From Casimicrobiaceae bacterium (GTDB taxonomy: Bacteria > Pseudomonadota > Gammaproteobacteria > Burkholderiales > Casimicrobiaceae), in NCBI GenBank assembly GCA_035495715.1, contig DATJFI010000055.1:22071-86070 (forward strand): a stretch of DNA of 64,000 nucleotides, in the 5' to 3' direction. Shown here in pieces: positions 41,718 through 52,200 of this stretch; positions within the stretch are counted from its first letter, which is position 1, and each line of letters begins with the position of its first letter. Under the pieces are notes generated by a model, which saw nothing but the letters and a program-made list of their open reading frames with translations, did not search any database and was not told the origin of the DNA. The position numbers were made by a program, and so were the translations under genes.

Positions 41718-44686
41718 ACGACGCGACGCATGCCGGGCCGCACGTGCAGGCGTCCGAACAGGGCTACCGCGCCCTCGAGCAGGAACTCGCGTCGACGGTC
41801 GACGGCGAGGTGCGCTTCGACATTGGCAGCCGCGCGCTCTACGCGACCGACGGCTCCAATTACCGGCAGGTGCCCATCGGCGTCGTCATTCCGCGCTCGA
41901 TCGACGCCGTGATCGCGACGCTGGCCGCGTGCCGTCGTCACGGCGCGCCGGTGCTGCCGCGCGGCGGCGGCACGAGCCTGTGCGGGCAATGTTGCAACGT
42001 TGCCGTCGTCATCGATTTCTCGAAGTACCTGAACCGGATCGTCGAGATCGACCCGGCGCGCAAGACCGCGTACGTCGAGCCCGGCTGCGTGCTCGACACG
42101 CTTCGCGACGCCGCCGAACGGCATCACCTCACCTTCGCGCCGGATCCGTCGACGCACAGTCACAACACGCTTGGCGGCATGATCGGCAACGACTCGTGCG
42201 GCGTGCATTCGGTGATGGGCGGCAAGACCGTCGACAACGTGCTCGAGCTCGACGTGCTGACGTACGACGGCGTGCGCTTCACCGCGAAGCGGCTCGACGA
42301 CGAAGAGCGCGCACGCATGCTGGCGAGCGACGACGCGGTCTCCGAGATCCATCGGCGCCTCTATGCGCTGCGCGACCGCTACGCGGACGAGATCCGGATG
42401 CGCTTTCCCGACATTCCGCGCTGCGTATCGGGCTACGGACTCACGCAACTGCTGCCCGAGAACGGCTTCGACGTCGCGCGCGCGCTCGTCGGCACCGAAG
42501 GCACGTGCGTCGTCGTGCTCGGCGCGAAGCTGCGGCTCGTCGACAGCCCGCCGGGACGCTCGCTTCTCGTGCTCGGCTATCCGGACGTGTTCAGCGCCGG
42601 CGATCACGTCGTCGACATCCTGAAGCACGGACCGATCGGCCTAGAAGGCATCGACGACAAGCTCGTCGACGATATGAAGGCCGTCGGTTTGCATCCCGAC
42701 GACATCGAGCTGCTGCCGAAGGGCGGCGGGTGGCTCCTCGTCGAGTTCGGCGGCCGCGACCGGCAGGACTCGCACGCGAAGGCGCGCACGTGCATGCAGG
42801 CAATCGCACGCTTGCCGAACGCGCCGACGATGAAGCTCTACGACGATCCGGCGCAGGAGCGGATGGTCTGGACCGTGCGCGAGGCGGGGCTCGGCGCGAC
42901 CGCGCACGTGCCGAACAAGCCGATCACGTGGGAAGGCTGGGAGGACGCCGCCGTTCCGCCCGCGCGCCTCGGCGATTACCTGCGCGACTTCCGCAAGCTC
43001 CTCGATCGCTACGAATACCAGGGCGACCTGTACGGCCACTTCGGCCAGGGGTGCGTGCACACGCGGATCGACTTCGATCTTGAAACGCACGCGGGAATCG
43101 AGAAATTCCATCGCTTCCTCGACGATGCGTCGAGCCTCGTCGTGCACTACGGCGGCTCGCTTTCCGGCGAGCACGGCGACGGCCAGTCGAAGGCCGAGTT
43201 CCTGCCGAAGATGTTCGGGCCCGCGCTGGTTCGCGCCTTCGGCGAGTTCAAGGCGATCTTCGATCCGCGCGGCAGGATGAATCCGGGCAAGGTCGTCGAT
43301 CCCTATCTGCCGACGCAGAACCTGCGGATCGGCGAGCGCTACGCGCCGAAGCAGCCGGTCACGTTCTTCAAGTATCCGAAGGACGCCGGCATCTTCAACC
43401 GCGCGGTCCTTCGCTGCGTCGGCGTCGGCAATTGCCGGCAGCACCATCGCCAGACGATGTGCCCGAGCTATCGGGTCACGATGGAAGAGAAGCACTCGAC
43501 GCGGGGCCGTGCGCGATTGCTGTTCGAGATGATGCGCGGCGACGCGCTGACGAACGGCTTTCGCGACGAGCACGTCAAGGAGTCGCTCGACCTCTGCCTC
43601 GCATGCAAGGGCTGCAAGGGCGACTGCCCGGTCCACGTCGACATGGCGACGTACAAGGCGGAATTCCTCGCGCATTACTACGCCGGGCGATTGCGTCCGC
43701 GCTCCGCGTACGCGTTCGGCTACATCGACCGCTGGGCACGGCTCGCCTCGCACGCGCCGGGCCTCGTGAACGCGCTCGCGCAGATGCCGTGGTCCGCGCC
43801 GATCGCCAAGTGGATCGCGAACGTCGCGCCGTCGCGGAACATTCCCCGCTTCGCATCCGAATCGTTCCAGTCGGGGCATGCGCGTCGCGCGAAGCCCGAG
43901 CGTGACGGCCGGCCGCGCGTCCTGCTGTGGCCGGACACGTTCAACAATTACTTTCATCCGCAAACCGCGCAAGCCGCCGTCGACGTGCTGCAAGCCGCCG
44001 GTTTCGACGTCGACGTTCCGCGCGAGCCCGTCTGCTGCGGCCGCCCGCTTTACGATTCCGGCATGCTGAGCGCGGCGCAGCGCTACCTGCGCCGGATCCT
44101 CGCGCGATTCGAGGCCGAGATCGACGCCGGAACCCCGTTCGTCGTGCTCGAGCCGGCGTGCGCCGCGGTATTCCGAGACGAGATGACGAACCTTTTTCCC
44201 GGCGACGAGGTCGCGAAGCGGCTTGCCGCGCAAACGCTGCTGCTCGGCGAGTTTCTTGCTAAGCACGCGCCGCAGTTCGCGCCACCGAAGCTCGCGCGAA
44301 GCGCGATCGTGCACGGGCATTGCCATCAGAAGGCGATCATGGGGATGGACGCCGACTGCGCGCTGCTCGCGAAGCTCGGCGTTCGCTACGAATTGCTCGA
44401 TTCCGGATGCTGCGGCATGTCCGGCTCGTTCGGCTTCGAGCGCGGCAAGGCGGAGGTTTCGGTGCAGATCGGCGAGCTCGTCCTGTTGCCGGCGGTGCGC
44501 GCCGCGGCCGACGATTGCCTCGTGATCGCCGACGGTTATAGCTGCCGCGAGCAGATAGCGCAGTGCACCGGCCGCGATGCGGTTCATCTCGCGCAGGTCG
44601 TGCAGATGGCGCTTGCGGGAACGAAGGCGGACGCTGCAGCGGCGCGCGTCGACGGCGAGATGGCGAACCACGCCGTCTCGCATTGA
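41714..44686 (+). CDS. FAD-linked oxidase with Fe-S and CCG domains (D-lactate/glycolate dehydrogenase-like)
   Basis: PRGGGTS, GEHGDG, CVGVGNC, CLACKGC...CP, CCG motifs; ATGA overlap. Confidence 0.9.
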   Translation: MNDATHAGPHVQASEQGYRALEQELASTVDGEVRFDIGSRALYATDGSNYRQVPIGVVIPRSIDAVIATLAACRRHGAPVLPRGGGTSLCGQCCNVAVVIDFSKYLNRIVEIDPARKTAYVEPGCVLDTLRDAAERHHLTFAPDPSTHSHNTLGGMIGNDSCGVHSVMGGKTVDNVLELDVLTYDGVRFTAKRLDDEERARMLASDDAVSEIHRRLYALRDRYADEIRMRFPDIPRCVSGYGLTQLLPENGFDVARALVGTEGTCVVVLGAKLRLVDSPPGRSLLVLGYPDVFSAGDHVVDILKHGPIGLEGIDDKLVDDMKAVGLHPDDIELLPKGGGWLLVEFGGRDRQDSHAKARTCMQAIARLPNAPTMKLYDDPAQERMVWTVREAGLGATAHVPNKPITWEGWEDAAVPPARLGDYLRDFRKLLDRYEYQGDLYGHFGQGCVHTRIDFDLETHAGIEKFHRFLDDASSLVVHYGGSLSGEHGDGQSKAEFLPKMFGPALVRAFGEFKAIFDPRGRMNPGKVVDPYLPTQNLRIGERYAPKQPVTFFKYPKDAGIFNRAVLRCVGVGNCRQHHRQTMCPSYRVTMEEKHSTRGRARLLFEMMRGDALTNGFRDEHVKESLDLCLACKGCKGDCPVHVDMATYKAEFLAHYYAGRLRPRSAYAFGYIDRWARLASHAPGLVNALAQMPWSAPIAKWIANVAPSRNIPRFASESFQSGHARRAKPERDGRPRVLLWPDTFNNYFHPQTAQAAVDVLQAAGFDVDVPREPVCCGRPLYDSGMLSAAQRYLRRILARFEAEIDAGTPFVVLEPACAAVFRDEMTNLFPGDEVAKRLAAQTLLLGEFLAKHAPQFAPPKLARSAIVHGHCHQKAIMGMDADCALLAKLGVRYELLDSGCCGMSGSFGFERGKAEVSVQIGELVLLPAVRAAADDCLVIADGYSCREQIAQCTGRDAVHLAQVVQMALAGTKADAAAARVDGEMANHAVSH

Positions 44687-44700
44687 CGAAAGGCCCACCG

Positions 44701-45150
44701 GTGCGCGCGAAGACAATCGACGGCGGCAGCGAGCGGACGTGGACGCTCGTGTTCGACGAAGGCGACGAGGTGATGTCGTCGCTGACCGCGTTTGCCCGCG
44801 AGCGCCAGCTCACCGCCGCGCGGTTCACGGCGATCGGCGCGTTTCGCGACGCGACGCTCGGCTATTTCGACTGGACGTCGAAGTCCTACGAGAAGATTCC
44901 GGTGCGCGAGCAGGTCGAGGTGCTGTCGCTCGTCGGCGATGTGGCGCTCGAAGGCGATGCGCCGAAGGTCCACGCGCACGTCGTCGTCGGCAAGCGCGAC
45001 GGGTCCGCGCACGGCGGCCATCTGCTCGACGCGCACGTGCGGCCGACGCTCGAGGTGATGCTGACCGAGTCGCCGGCGCACCTGCAACGGCTGTTCGATC
45101 CCGCCTCGGGGCTCGCGTTGATCGCGATCGATCCGGCCAAGGCCGGCTGA
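44701..45150 (+). CDS. PPC/DUF296 domain protein
   Basis: AIGAF, EVLSLVG, HAHVV, GGHL, PTLEV. Confidence 0.88.
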   Translation: MRAKTIDGGSERTWTLVFDEGDEVMSSLTAFARERQLTAARFTAIGAFRDATLGYFDWTSKSYEKIPVREQVEVLSLVGDVALEGDAPKVHAHVVVGKRDGSAHGGHLLDAHVRPTLEVMLTESPAHLQRLFDPASGLALIAIDPAKAG

Positions 45151-45166
45151 CGGAGCTTCCGAACCG

Positions 45167-46204
45167 ATGGATGCGATCACGAAGGTGCGCGGCGATCGCC
45201 GGGTCGGACGGGGATCCGGCGAGGTCGTCGTCATCACCGGTGCAAGCGCCGGTGTCGGCCGCGCGACGGCGCGCGCATTCGCGCGCCGCGGCGCACGCAT
45301 CGGGCTGATCGCGCGCGATTCCGATGCGTTGAGCGCGGCATGCGACGACGTCCATGCGCTCGGCGGCAAGGCGGTGATGTGTGTCGCCGACGTCGCGCGG
45401 CCCGCGGAAGTCGAAACCGCGGCGGCGATGATCGAGGAGTGCCTCGGGCCGATCGAGATCTGGGTCAACAACGCGATGGTCACCGTGATCGGACCCGTCG
45501 CGGAGCTCGATCCCGACGAAGTTCGCCGCGTGACGGAAGTGACGTACCTCGGTACCGTCAACGGCACGCTGGCGGCGCTCGGGCGGATGCGTGCGCGCAA
45601 TCGCGGGACGATCGTCCAGGTCGGCTCCGCGCTCGCTTATCGCGCGATCCCGCTGCAGGCGCCGTACTGCGGCGCGAAGTTCGCGATCCGCGGTTTCACC
45701 GACGCGCTGCGCAGCGAGCTCCTGCACGAGCGCAGCAGCGTGCACGTGACGATGGTGCAGATGCCCGCGCTCAACACGCCGCAGTTCGACTGGTGCCGCA
45801 CGCGGATGCCGCGCACGCCGCGGCCGGTGCCCCCGGTGTTCCAGCCCGAGGTCGCGGCGCGCGCGATCGTCTGGGCCGCCCATCATCGCCGCCGCGAGCT
45901 CTTCGTCGGCGCACCGACGGCGAAGGCGATCTGGGCCAACAAGCTCGTCCCCGGATTGCTCGACCGCTACCTCGCGCGGTTCGGGTATACGTCGCAGATG
46001 TCGCAGGCGCCGGTCGCGCCGGATCGCCCGGACAACCTGTTCGCGCCGGTGCGCGGCGATCGCGGCGCGCACGGTCGCTTCGATGCCGAATCGCGGCCGG
46101 CAAGCGTCGAGCTGTGGCTTGCGACGCACCGCTGGCTCGGATTTGTCGCGCTGGCCGGGCTGGCGGGCGCGGCGTTCGCGCTGACGCGAGACGTACGACG
46201 GTAG
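45167..46204 (+). CDS. Short-chain dehydrogenase/reductase with C-terminal hydrophobic tail
   Basis: TGASAGVG, NNA, YCGAK, NTPQFDW. Confidence 0.9.
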   Translation: MDAITKVRGDRRVGRGSGEVVVITGASAGVGRATARAFARRGARIGLIARDSDALSAACDDVHALGGKAVMCVADVARPAEVETAAAMIEECLGPIEIWVNNAMVTVIGPVAELDPDEVRRVTEVTYLGTVNGTLAALGRMRARNRGTIVQVGSALAYRAIPLQAPYCGAKFAIRGFTDALRSELLHERSSVHVTMVQMPALNTPQFDWCRTRMPRTPRPVPPVFQPEVAARAIVWAAHHRRRELFVGAPTAKAIWANKLVPGLLDRYLARFGYTSQMSQAPVAPDRPDNLFAPVRGDRGAHGRFDAESRPASVELWLATHRWLGFVALAGLAGAAFALTRDVRR

Positions 46205-46387
46205 CCTCCCTCCCGCGAACCGCGTTTCGCGCGTTGCGCGAAGCGCGTCTTCTCGCGCCGGCCGCATACGGGCACTGACCCGGCGAGTACGTCGTGGCGC
46301 ACCGGGATGCGCTACTATTGCCGCTCGTTGTGCTTCACACGATGTGACAGTGCTCGATTCCTCTCGCGGGCGACACCGTAGCGGCTG

Positions 46388-47326
46388 ATGACGGCTCTCC
46401 TGCCGCCGCGCCGGCTGACGATCGCCACCCGCGAATCCGCGCTGGCGCTCTGGCAGGCCGAGCACGTGCGCTCGCGCCTCACGTCCCGTTATCGAGGCAC
46501 CAGCGTCGAACTGCTCGGCGTCACGACACAGGGCGACCGCATCGTCGACCGCCCGCTTGCAGCCATCGGCGGCAAGGGGCTGTTCATCAAGGAACTCGAG
46601 AACGCGCTTCGCGACGGTCGCGCCGACATCGCCGTCCATTCGCTGAAGGACGTGCCGATGGACCTCCCCGACGGCTTCGTGCTCGCCGCGATCTCGGCGC
46701 GCGAGGATCCGCGCGACGCGTTCGTATCGGTTCGCTATGCGGCGCTGTCGTCGTTGCCGGCGGATAGTGTCGTCGGCACGTCGAGCCTGCGCCGCGAAGC
46801 GCAACTGCGCGAGCGCCATCCGGGCCTTCGCATCGATCCGCTGCGCGGCAACGTGCAGACGCGTCTTGCGAAGCTCGACGAAGGCCGTTACGACGCGGTC
46901 GTTCTCGCCGCCGCCGGATTGAAGCGTCTCGGGCTCGGCACGCGCATTCGCGCGCTGCTCGATCCCGACGAAAGCCTGCCGGCGCCCGGGCAGGGTGCGC
47001 TCGCGATCGAGTGTCGCGCCGATCGCGCGGACCTGCTGCAGGCACTCGCGCCGCTCGCCGATCGCGGGACGACGCTCGCGACGGCGGCCGAGCGCGCGTT
47101 CTCGCGTGCGCTCGGCGGAAGCTGCCAGACGCCGCTTGCCGCTTACGCCGAATGGGAAGAGGGACGGCTGTGGCTGCGCGGACTGCTCGCCTCGCGCGAC
47201 GGTCGCGAAGTATTGCGCGGCGAGCGGGAAAGTCCCGTCGGCGACGTCGACGACGCGTGCGCGCTCGGCACGGCCCTCGCCGACGATTTCCTGCGCCGCG
47301 GCGCACATCGGCTTGCCGCTGCATGA
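46388..47326 (+). CDS. hemC: Hydroxymethylbilane synthase
   Basis: [44 protein letters not shown]. Confidence 0.96.
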   Translation: MTALLPPRRLTIATRESALALWQAEHVRSRLTSRYRGTSVELLGVTTQGDRIVDRPLAAIGGKGLFIKELENALRDGRADIAVHSLKDVPMDLPDGFVLAAISAREDPRDAFVSVRYAALSSLPADSVVGTSSLRREAQLRERHPGLRIDPLRGNVQTRLAKLDEGRYDAVVLAAAGLKRLGLGTRIRALLDPDESLPAPGQGALAIECRADRADLLQALAPLADRGTTLATAAERAFSRALGGSCQTPLAAYAEWEEGRLWLRGLLASRDGREVLRGERESPVGDVDDACALGTALADDFLRRGAHRLAAA

Positions 47327-47391
47327 GCCCGAAGGGCCGCCCCGGCGGCGAATCAGCGGCGCAGCGCGAAGCGCGGAGGCCAGTTGCATGA
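47320..47391 (+). repeat. Start-codon-associated element (copy A) with 7-bp direct repeats; encodes a 22-aa mini-ORF
   Basis: TGCATGA at 47320-47326 and 47385-47391; [22 protein letters not shown] overlaps the hemC stop and the hemD start; internal GGAGG. Confidence 0.82.
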
Positions 47392-48215
47392 CGGGCGAGA
47401 TTCATTCGCTGTCGCCGCCGCCGCGCGCCGAGCCCGGTCCGCTCGAGGGCGTCGGCGTCATCGTCACGCGACCGCAGCGTCCGGCGGCCGTGTTCGCGTC
47501 GCGCATCGCCGCCCTCGGCGGCAAGCCCCTGATCTGGTCGGCCATCGTGATCGAGCCGCCCGACGACGTCGCGCGTCTCGCCGACGCCCATTCGAAGCTC
47601 GACGATTACGACATCGCGATCTTCGTGTCGGCGAATGCCGTCGAGTTCGGCGCGCGGCCGGGACGCCCGTGGCCCGCGGCGCTGCGCACGTTTGCGCCGG
47701 GCCCCGGAACCGCCGACGCGCTCGCCGCCGCCGGCATCGCCGATACGCGCATTCCGGCAAAGTCGTGGGACAGCGAGGGCTTGCTCGAACTGCCCGACCT
47801 CGCCGACGTCGAGGGTAAGCGCATCGTCATCTTCCGCGGCGAGGGCGGCCGCGAATTTCTCGGCAATACGCTGCGCACACGCGGCGCGATCGTCGATCAC
47901 GTGCCCTGCTATCGTCGCGTCGCGCCCACCGGCGGCGCCGACGGACTGGTCGAGGCGCTGCGCGACGGACGCGCGCATGCGCTGACGCTCACGTCGGCCG
48001 AAGGGGTCGACAACCTGATGGCGGCGCTCAGCGCCGAAGGCCGCGCGATGATCGCGAGATTGCCGGCCTTCGCCGCGCATCCGCGCATCGTCGAGCGCGC
48101 GCGCGAGCGGGGACTGCAGGCGGTGGAAACGTCCGGCGGCGACGGTGGATTGCTCGCCGGGCTCCTCGACTGGTTCGGGCCGGAAAAGTCGCGCGCGAAC
48201 GCGCAGCGCACGTGA
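47388..48215 (+). CDS. hemD: Uroporphyrinogen-III synthase
   Basis: VTRP, FVSANAV, GPGTA, DSEGLL, RGEGGRE, YRR, TSAE. Confidence 0.93.
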   Translation: MTGEIHSLSPPPRAEPGPLEGVGVIVTRPQRPAAVFASRIAALGGKPLIWSAIVIEPPDDVARLADAHSKLDDYDIAIFVSANAVEFGARPGRPWPAALRTFAPGPGTADALAAAGIADTRIPAKSWDSEGLLELPDLADVEGKRIVIFRGEGGREFLGNTLRTRGAIVDHVPCYRRVAPTGGADGLVEALRDGRAHALTLTSAEGVDNLMAALSAEGRAMIARLPAFAAHPRIVERARERGLQAVETSGGDGGLLAGLLDWFGPEKSRANAQRT

Positions 48216-48271
48216 CGCCGACGCGACGCTCGCGCGAACAAACAGATGAGACGCTTGATCGAAGAACGCAG

Positions 48272-49219
48272 ATGAACGACATCGACATCCTGGTCACCGC
48301 GCCGTTACCGCGCTTTCTCAAGGACCCGCTCTGGGCCGATTACCGTTGCCACGACTATGCGGGCGCCGCCGATCGCGATGCGCTGCTCGAGCGCGTCGGG
48401 CCCAGCGTGCGCGGACTCGTGCAGGGCGGCGGGACGGTGACGCCGCCGACGCTGCTCGATTCATTGCCGAGCCTCGAGATCATCTCGGTGTTCGGCGTCG
48501 GTTACGACGGCGTGCCGACGCGCTATTGCCGCGAGCGCGAGATCCTCGTCACGAACACACCGGACGTGCTCACGGACGACGTCGCCGACGTCGCCGTCGC
48601 GCTGATCCTGATGACGGCGCGCAACTTCGTGCAGGGCGACCGGTTCGTCCGCAACGGCGAGTGGACGAAGGGATCGCTGCCGCTTGCGACCAAACTCGCC
48701 GGAAAATCGGTCGGCATCCTCGGCCTCGGGCGCATCGGCAAGGCGATCGCGAAGCGCGTGGCGGCGATGGACATGCGCGTCGCGTACACCGGGCGCAAGC
48801 TCCAGGACGTGCCGTATCGCTTCGTGCCGACGCTCGCCGCGCTCGCGGCCGACGTCGAGTTTCTCGTCGTCGCCTGTCCGGGCGGGGAGGGCACCCGGCA
48901 TCTCGTCGATGCAAGCGTCCTCGCGGCGCTGGGACGCAAGGGAACGCTCGTCAACATCGCCCGCGGGTCGATCGTCGACGAGGCGGCACTGGTGCAGGCG
49001 CTCGCCGACGGCACGATCAAGGCCGCCGGTCTCGACGTGTTCGAGAACGAGCCGCACGTGCCCGGCGCGCTCCTTGCGATGGACAACGTCGTGCTGCTGC
49101 CGCACGTCGGCAGCGCGACGCACGAGACGCGCAAGGCGATGGCCGATCTCTGCAAGGCGAACCTCGACACCTGGTTCGCCGACGGTCAGGTGCTGACGCT
49201 CGTGCCCGAGCTCGCGTAG
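48272..49219 (+). CDS. D-2-hydroxyacid dehydrogenase
   Basis: GVGYD, NTPDVL, GLGRIG, NIARG, LDVFENEP, PHVGSAT. Confidence 0.92.
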   Translation: MNDIDILVTAPLPRFLKDPLWADYRCHDYAGAADRDALLERVGPSVRGLVQGGGTVTPPTLLDSLPSLEIISVFGVGYDGVPTRYCREREILVTNTPDVLTDDVADVAVALILMTARNFVQGDRFVRNGEWTKGSLPLATKLAGKSVGILGLGRIGKAIAKRVAAMDMRVAYTGRKLQDVPYRFVPTLAALAADVEFLVVACPGGEGTRHLVDASVLAALGRKGTLVNIARGSIVDEAALVQALADGTIKAAGLDVFENEPHVPGALLAMDNVVLLPHVGSATHETRKAMADLCKANLDTWFADGQVLTLVPELA

Positions 49220-49243
49220 CCGCGTCCTGAAGGTCGCCGGACG

Positions 49244-52200
49244 TTGCGCACCTGGCGCCTGCCGCGGGCCGGTGAGTTGGGGCTGATCCGCGTCGGCAAC
49301 GACGCGGGCCTCGACGTCTCGGTCCTGCCGAACGGGGCCGTCTTCGCGATCGAGCATCGCGACGATCGGGGTGCGATACGCATCAACCAGGTGCCCGGTG
49401 CACCGATCGGCGGCGGCATCGCGCGGGTTTTGCTGCGCGCCCGCGCGGCCGGCCGTGCAGCGACGTGCGAAGTGCAGGGTCCGCGTGCGCGAGTCCGGCT
49501 CGGCCACGCCGACGATCGGATCGTCTGGGAAGGCAGGACGCGCGGCATCGCGCACCGCGTGACGCTGCGCCTGTTGCCCGCCGAGAGCGCGTGGCTCTGG
49601 CGCATCGACGTCACGAACGCCGGCGATGTGGCGATGCAAACGGATGCGATTCTCGTGCAGGACCTCGGGCTCGGCGCGCCCGAGTTCGTCGCGAACAACG
49701 AAGCTTACGCGTCGCAATACATCGACCATCACGCCGCGCGCGACGCGCGTCTCGGTCCGGTCGTGTTGAGCCGGCAGAACCTCGCGCAGCAGAATCGCCA
49801 TCCGTGGGTGATGCACGGCTGCCTCGACGGCGCGGAAGGGTTCGCGACCGACGCGATGCAACTGTTCGGTCCTGCGTATCGCGATGCCAATGCGCTACCG
49901 CTGCCGACCGGGAACGCGCTCGCCAATCGCCGCCTCCAGCACGAAGTCGCGTGCGCGGCGATCCAGTCGCGGTGCGTCACGCTGCAACCCGGCGCCGGCG
50001 CCAGCTGGCGCTTCTTCGCGCTCTACGAGGCGGATCATCCGGCGGCGTCCAGCGACGCCGATCTCGCGAAGCTTTTCGCGATCGCGTGGCCGGCCGACGA
50101 TGCGCACCCGGTCGCGACGTCTCGCGCGCGCCGCGACGTCGTGCAGGACGCGCCGGCGATGCGCGTGAAAACGTTGGATGCCGATGCGCTCGCGAAGCGC
50201 TATCCGGATCGGTTCCTCGAGGAATCGAAACGCAACCGGCCGCTGTCGTTCTTCGCGCCCGATCCGCCGCACAATCGGCACGTCGTGCTGCGCGCGAAGG
50301 AGCGCATCGTCACGCGGCGGCACGGCGCACTTGTGCGCTCGGGCAGCGCGATGCTGCCTCATCAATCGACGCTGTGCGCGACGTGCTGGATGCACGGCGT
50401 CTTCGCCGCGCAGCTCACGATCGGCAACACGTCGTTCCACAAGCTCTTCGGTGTTTCGCGCGACCCGTACAACGTCATGCGCGCAAGCGGCCTGCGCGCG
50501 ATGGTCGACGCGGGACGAGGCTGGCGGCTGCTGACGATCCCGTCGGCTTTCGAGATGGGTTTGAGCGATTGCCGCTGGATCTACGTTCTCGCCGAGCGCG
50601 TCGTCACCGTGCGCGCCGTCGTCTCCGGCGCCGATCCGGCGATGCAGTGGCGGATCGTGATCGACGGCGCCCCATGCCGGATTCTCGTGTACGGGCAGTT
50701 GGTGATCGGCGAGCGCGAGTTCGAGCACGCCGGGAACGTCGTCGTCGACCAGGCCCGCGCGAGCTTTACGTTCCGGCCCGATCCGGAGTCGCTCTTCGGA
50801 CGGCACTACCCCGATGCGGCGTATCACCTTGTTATAAGCACGCCGGATGCGATCGACGCGATCGGCGGCGACGAGCTCCTGCTTGCCGACGAGGAGCCGC
50901 GAAACGGTACGCACCTCGCGATCAGGACGCAGCCGACCAACGAGCTGGTCTTCGCGGTCGTCGGCTCGCTGACCGATCCTGCGCACGCCGCCGAGCTCGC
51001 GTCGAAATACGAGCGGCCACGCGACGACGACGACGTGCGGTCGTCGTCGATGCGCTTCTGGACGCACGTCACGCGCGGCACGCGGATCGGGGGCGACTCA
51101 TCGGCGACGGCGGCGCTGAACGCATCGCTGCCGTGGCTCGCGCACGACGCGATGATGCACCTGACCGTTCCGCGCGGTCTCGAGCAATACACCGGCGCCG
51201 CATGGGGTACGCGCGACGTGTGCCAGGGCCCGGTCGAATGCCTGCTCGCGCTCGAGCACGACGCGTGCGTCAGGGAGATCCTGCGCATCGTTTTCGCGGA
51301 GCAGTACGCGGCGCGCGGCGACTGGCCGCAGTGGTTCATGCTGGAGCCGTATTCGTCCATCCGCGACGCGCACAGCCACGGCGACGTGATCGTCTGGCCG
51401 CTCAAGGCGCTGAACGACTATCTCGAGGCGACGAACGATCTCGCCTTTCTCGACGAGCGCTCGGCATGGCGCGACGACGCGACGCTCGCGCGCACGGCGA
51501 GCGCCGACCCGATCTCGGTGCACGTCGAGAAGCTGCTCGCGAAGGTGCAGGAGCGATTCATTCCAGGCACGCGGCTCGTCCGCTATGGCGAAGGGGACTG
51601 GAACGATTCGCTGCAACCGGCCGATCCGGGCCTTCGCGACGCGATGGTCAGCAGCTGGACGGTCGCGCTCCTCTATCAGCAGCTCGAGCGCTACGGGGAG
51701 GCGCTGCGCCGCGCCGGTCGCGCCGGTGCCGCGAACGGGATCGCAGACCTCGCACTCGGCATCCGGCACGATTTCAATCGCTTCCTCGTTCGCGACAGGA
51801 CGGTCGCCGGCTATGCCGTGTTCGGCGGCAAAGCAGGCGAGCCGGAACTGCTGCTGCATCCGTCCGACGTCCGGACCGGCCTTCGCTACTCGCTCCTGCC
51901 GATGACGCGCAGCATCATCGCGGGGTTATTCACGTCCGAGCAGGCGCACCACCATCTGCGGATCATTCGCGAGCACCTGCTGTTCCCCGACGGCGTGCGG
52001 CTGATGGACCAACCGGTCGGGTATCGCGGCGGCGTCGAGCGGATCTTTCGCCGCGCGGAATCGGCGGCGTTCTTCGGCCGCGAGATCGGCCTCATGTACG
52101 TCCACGCGCATCTGCGCTATGGCGAAGCGATGGCCGCGCTCGGCGAGGCCGACGCGCTGTGGGACGCACTCGCCGTCGCGAATCCGATCGGCGTCACGAC

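Noticed and set aside
46205-46262. GC hairpins containing GCGCGAAGCGCG as a further element copy
   Set aside because: Lacks the GGGCC...GCGAAT core, the direct repeats and the start-codon position; plausible by chance or as a terminator-like stem
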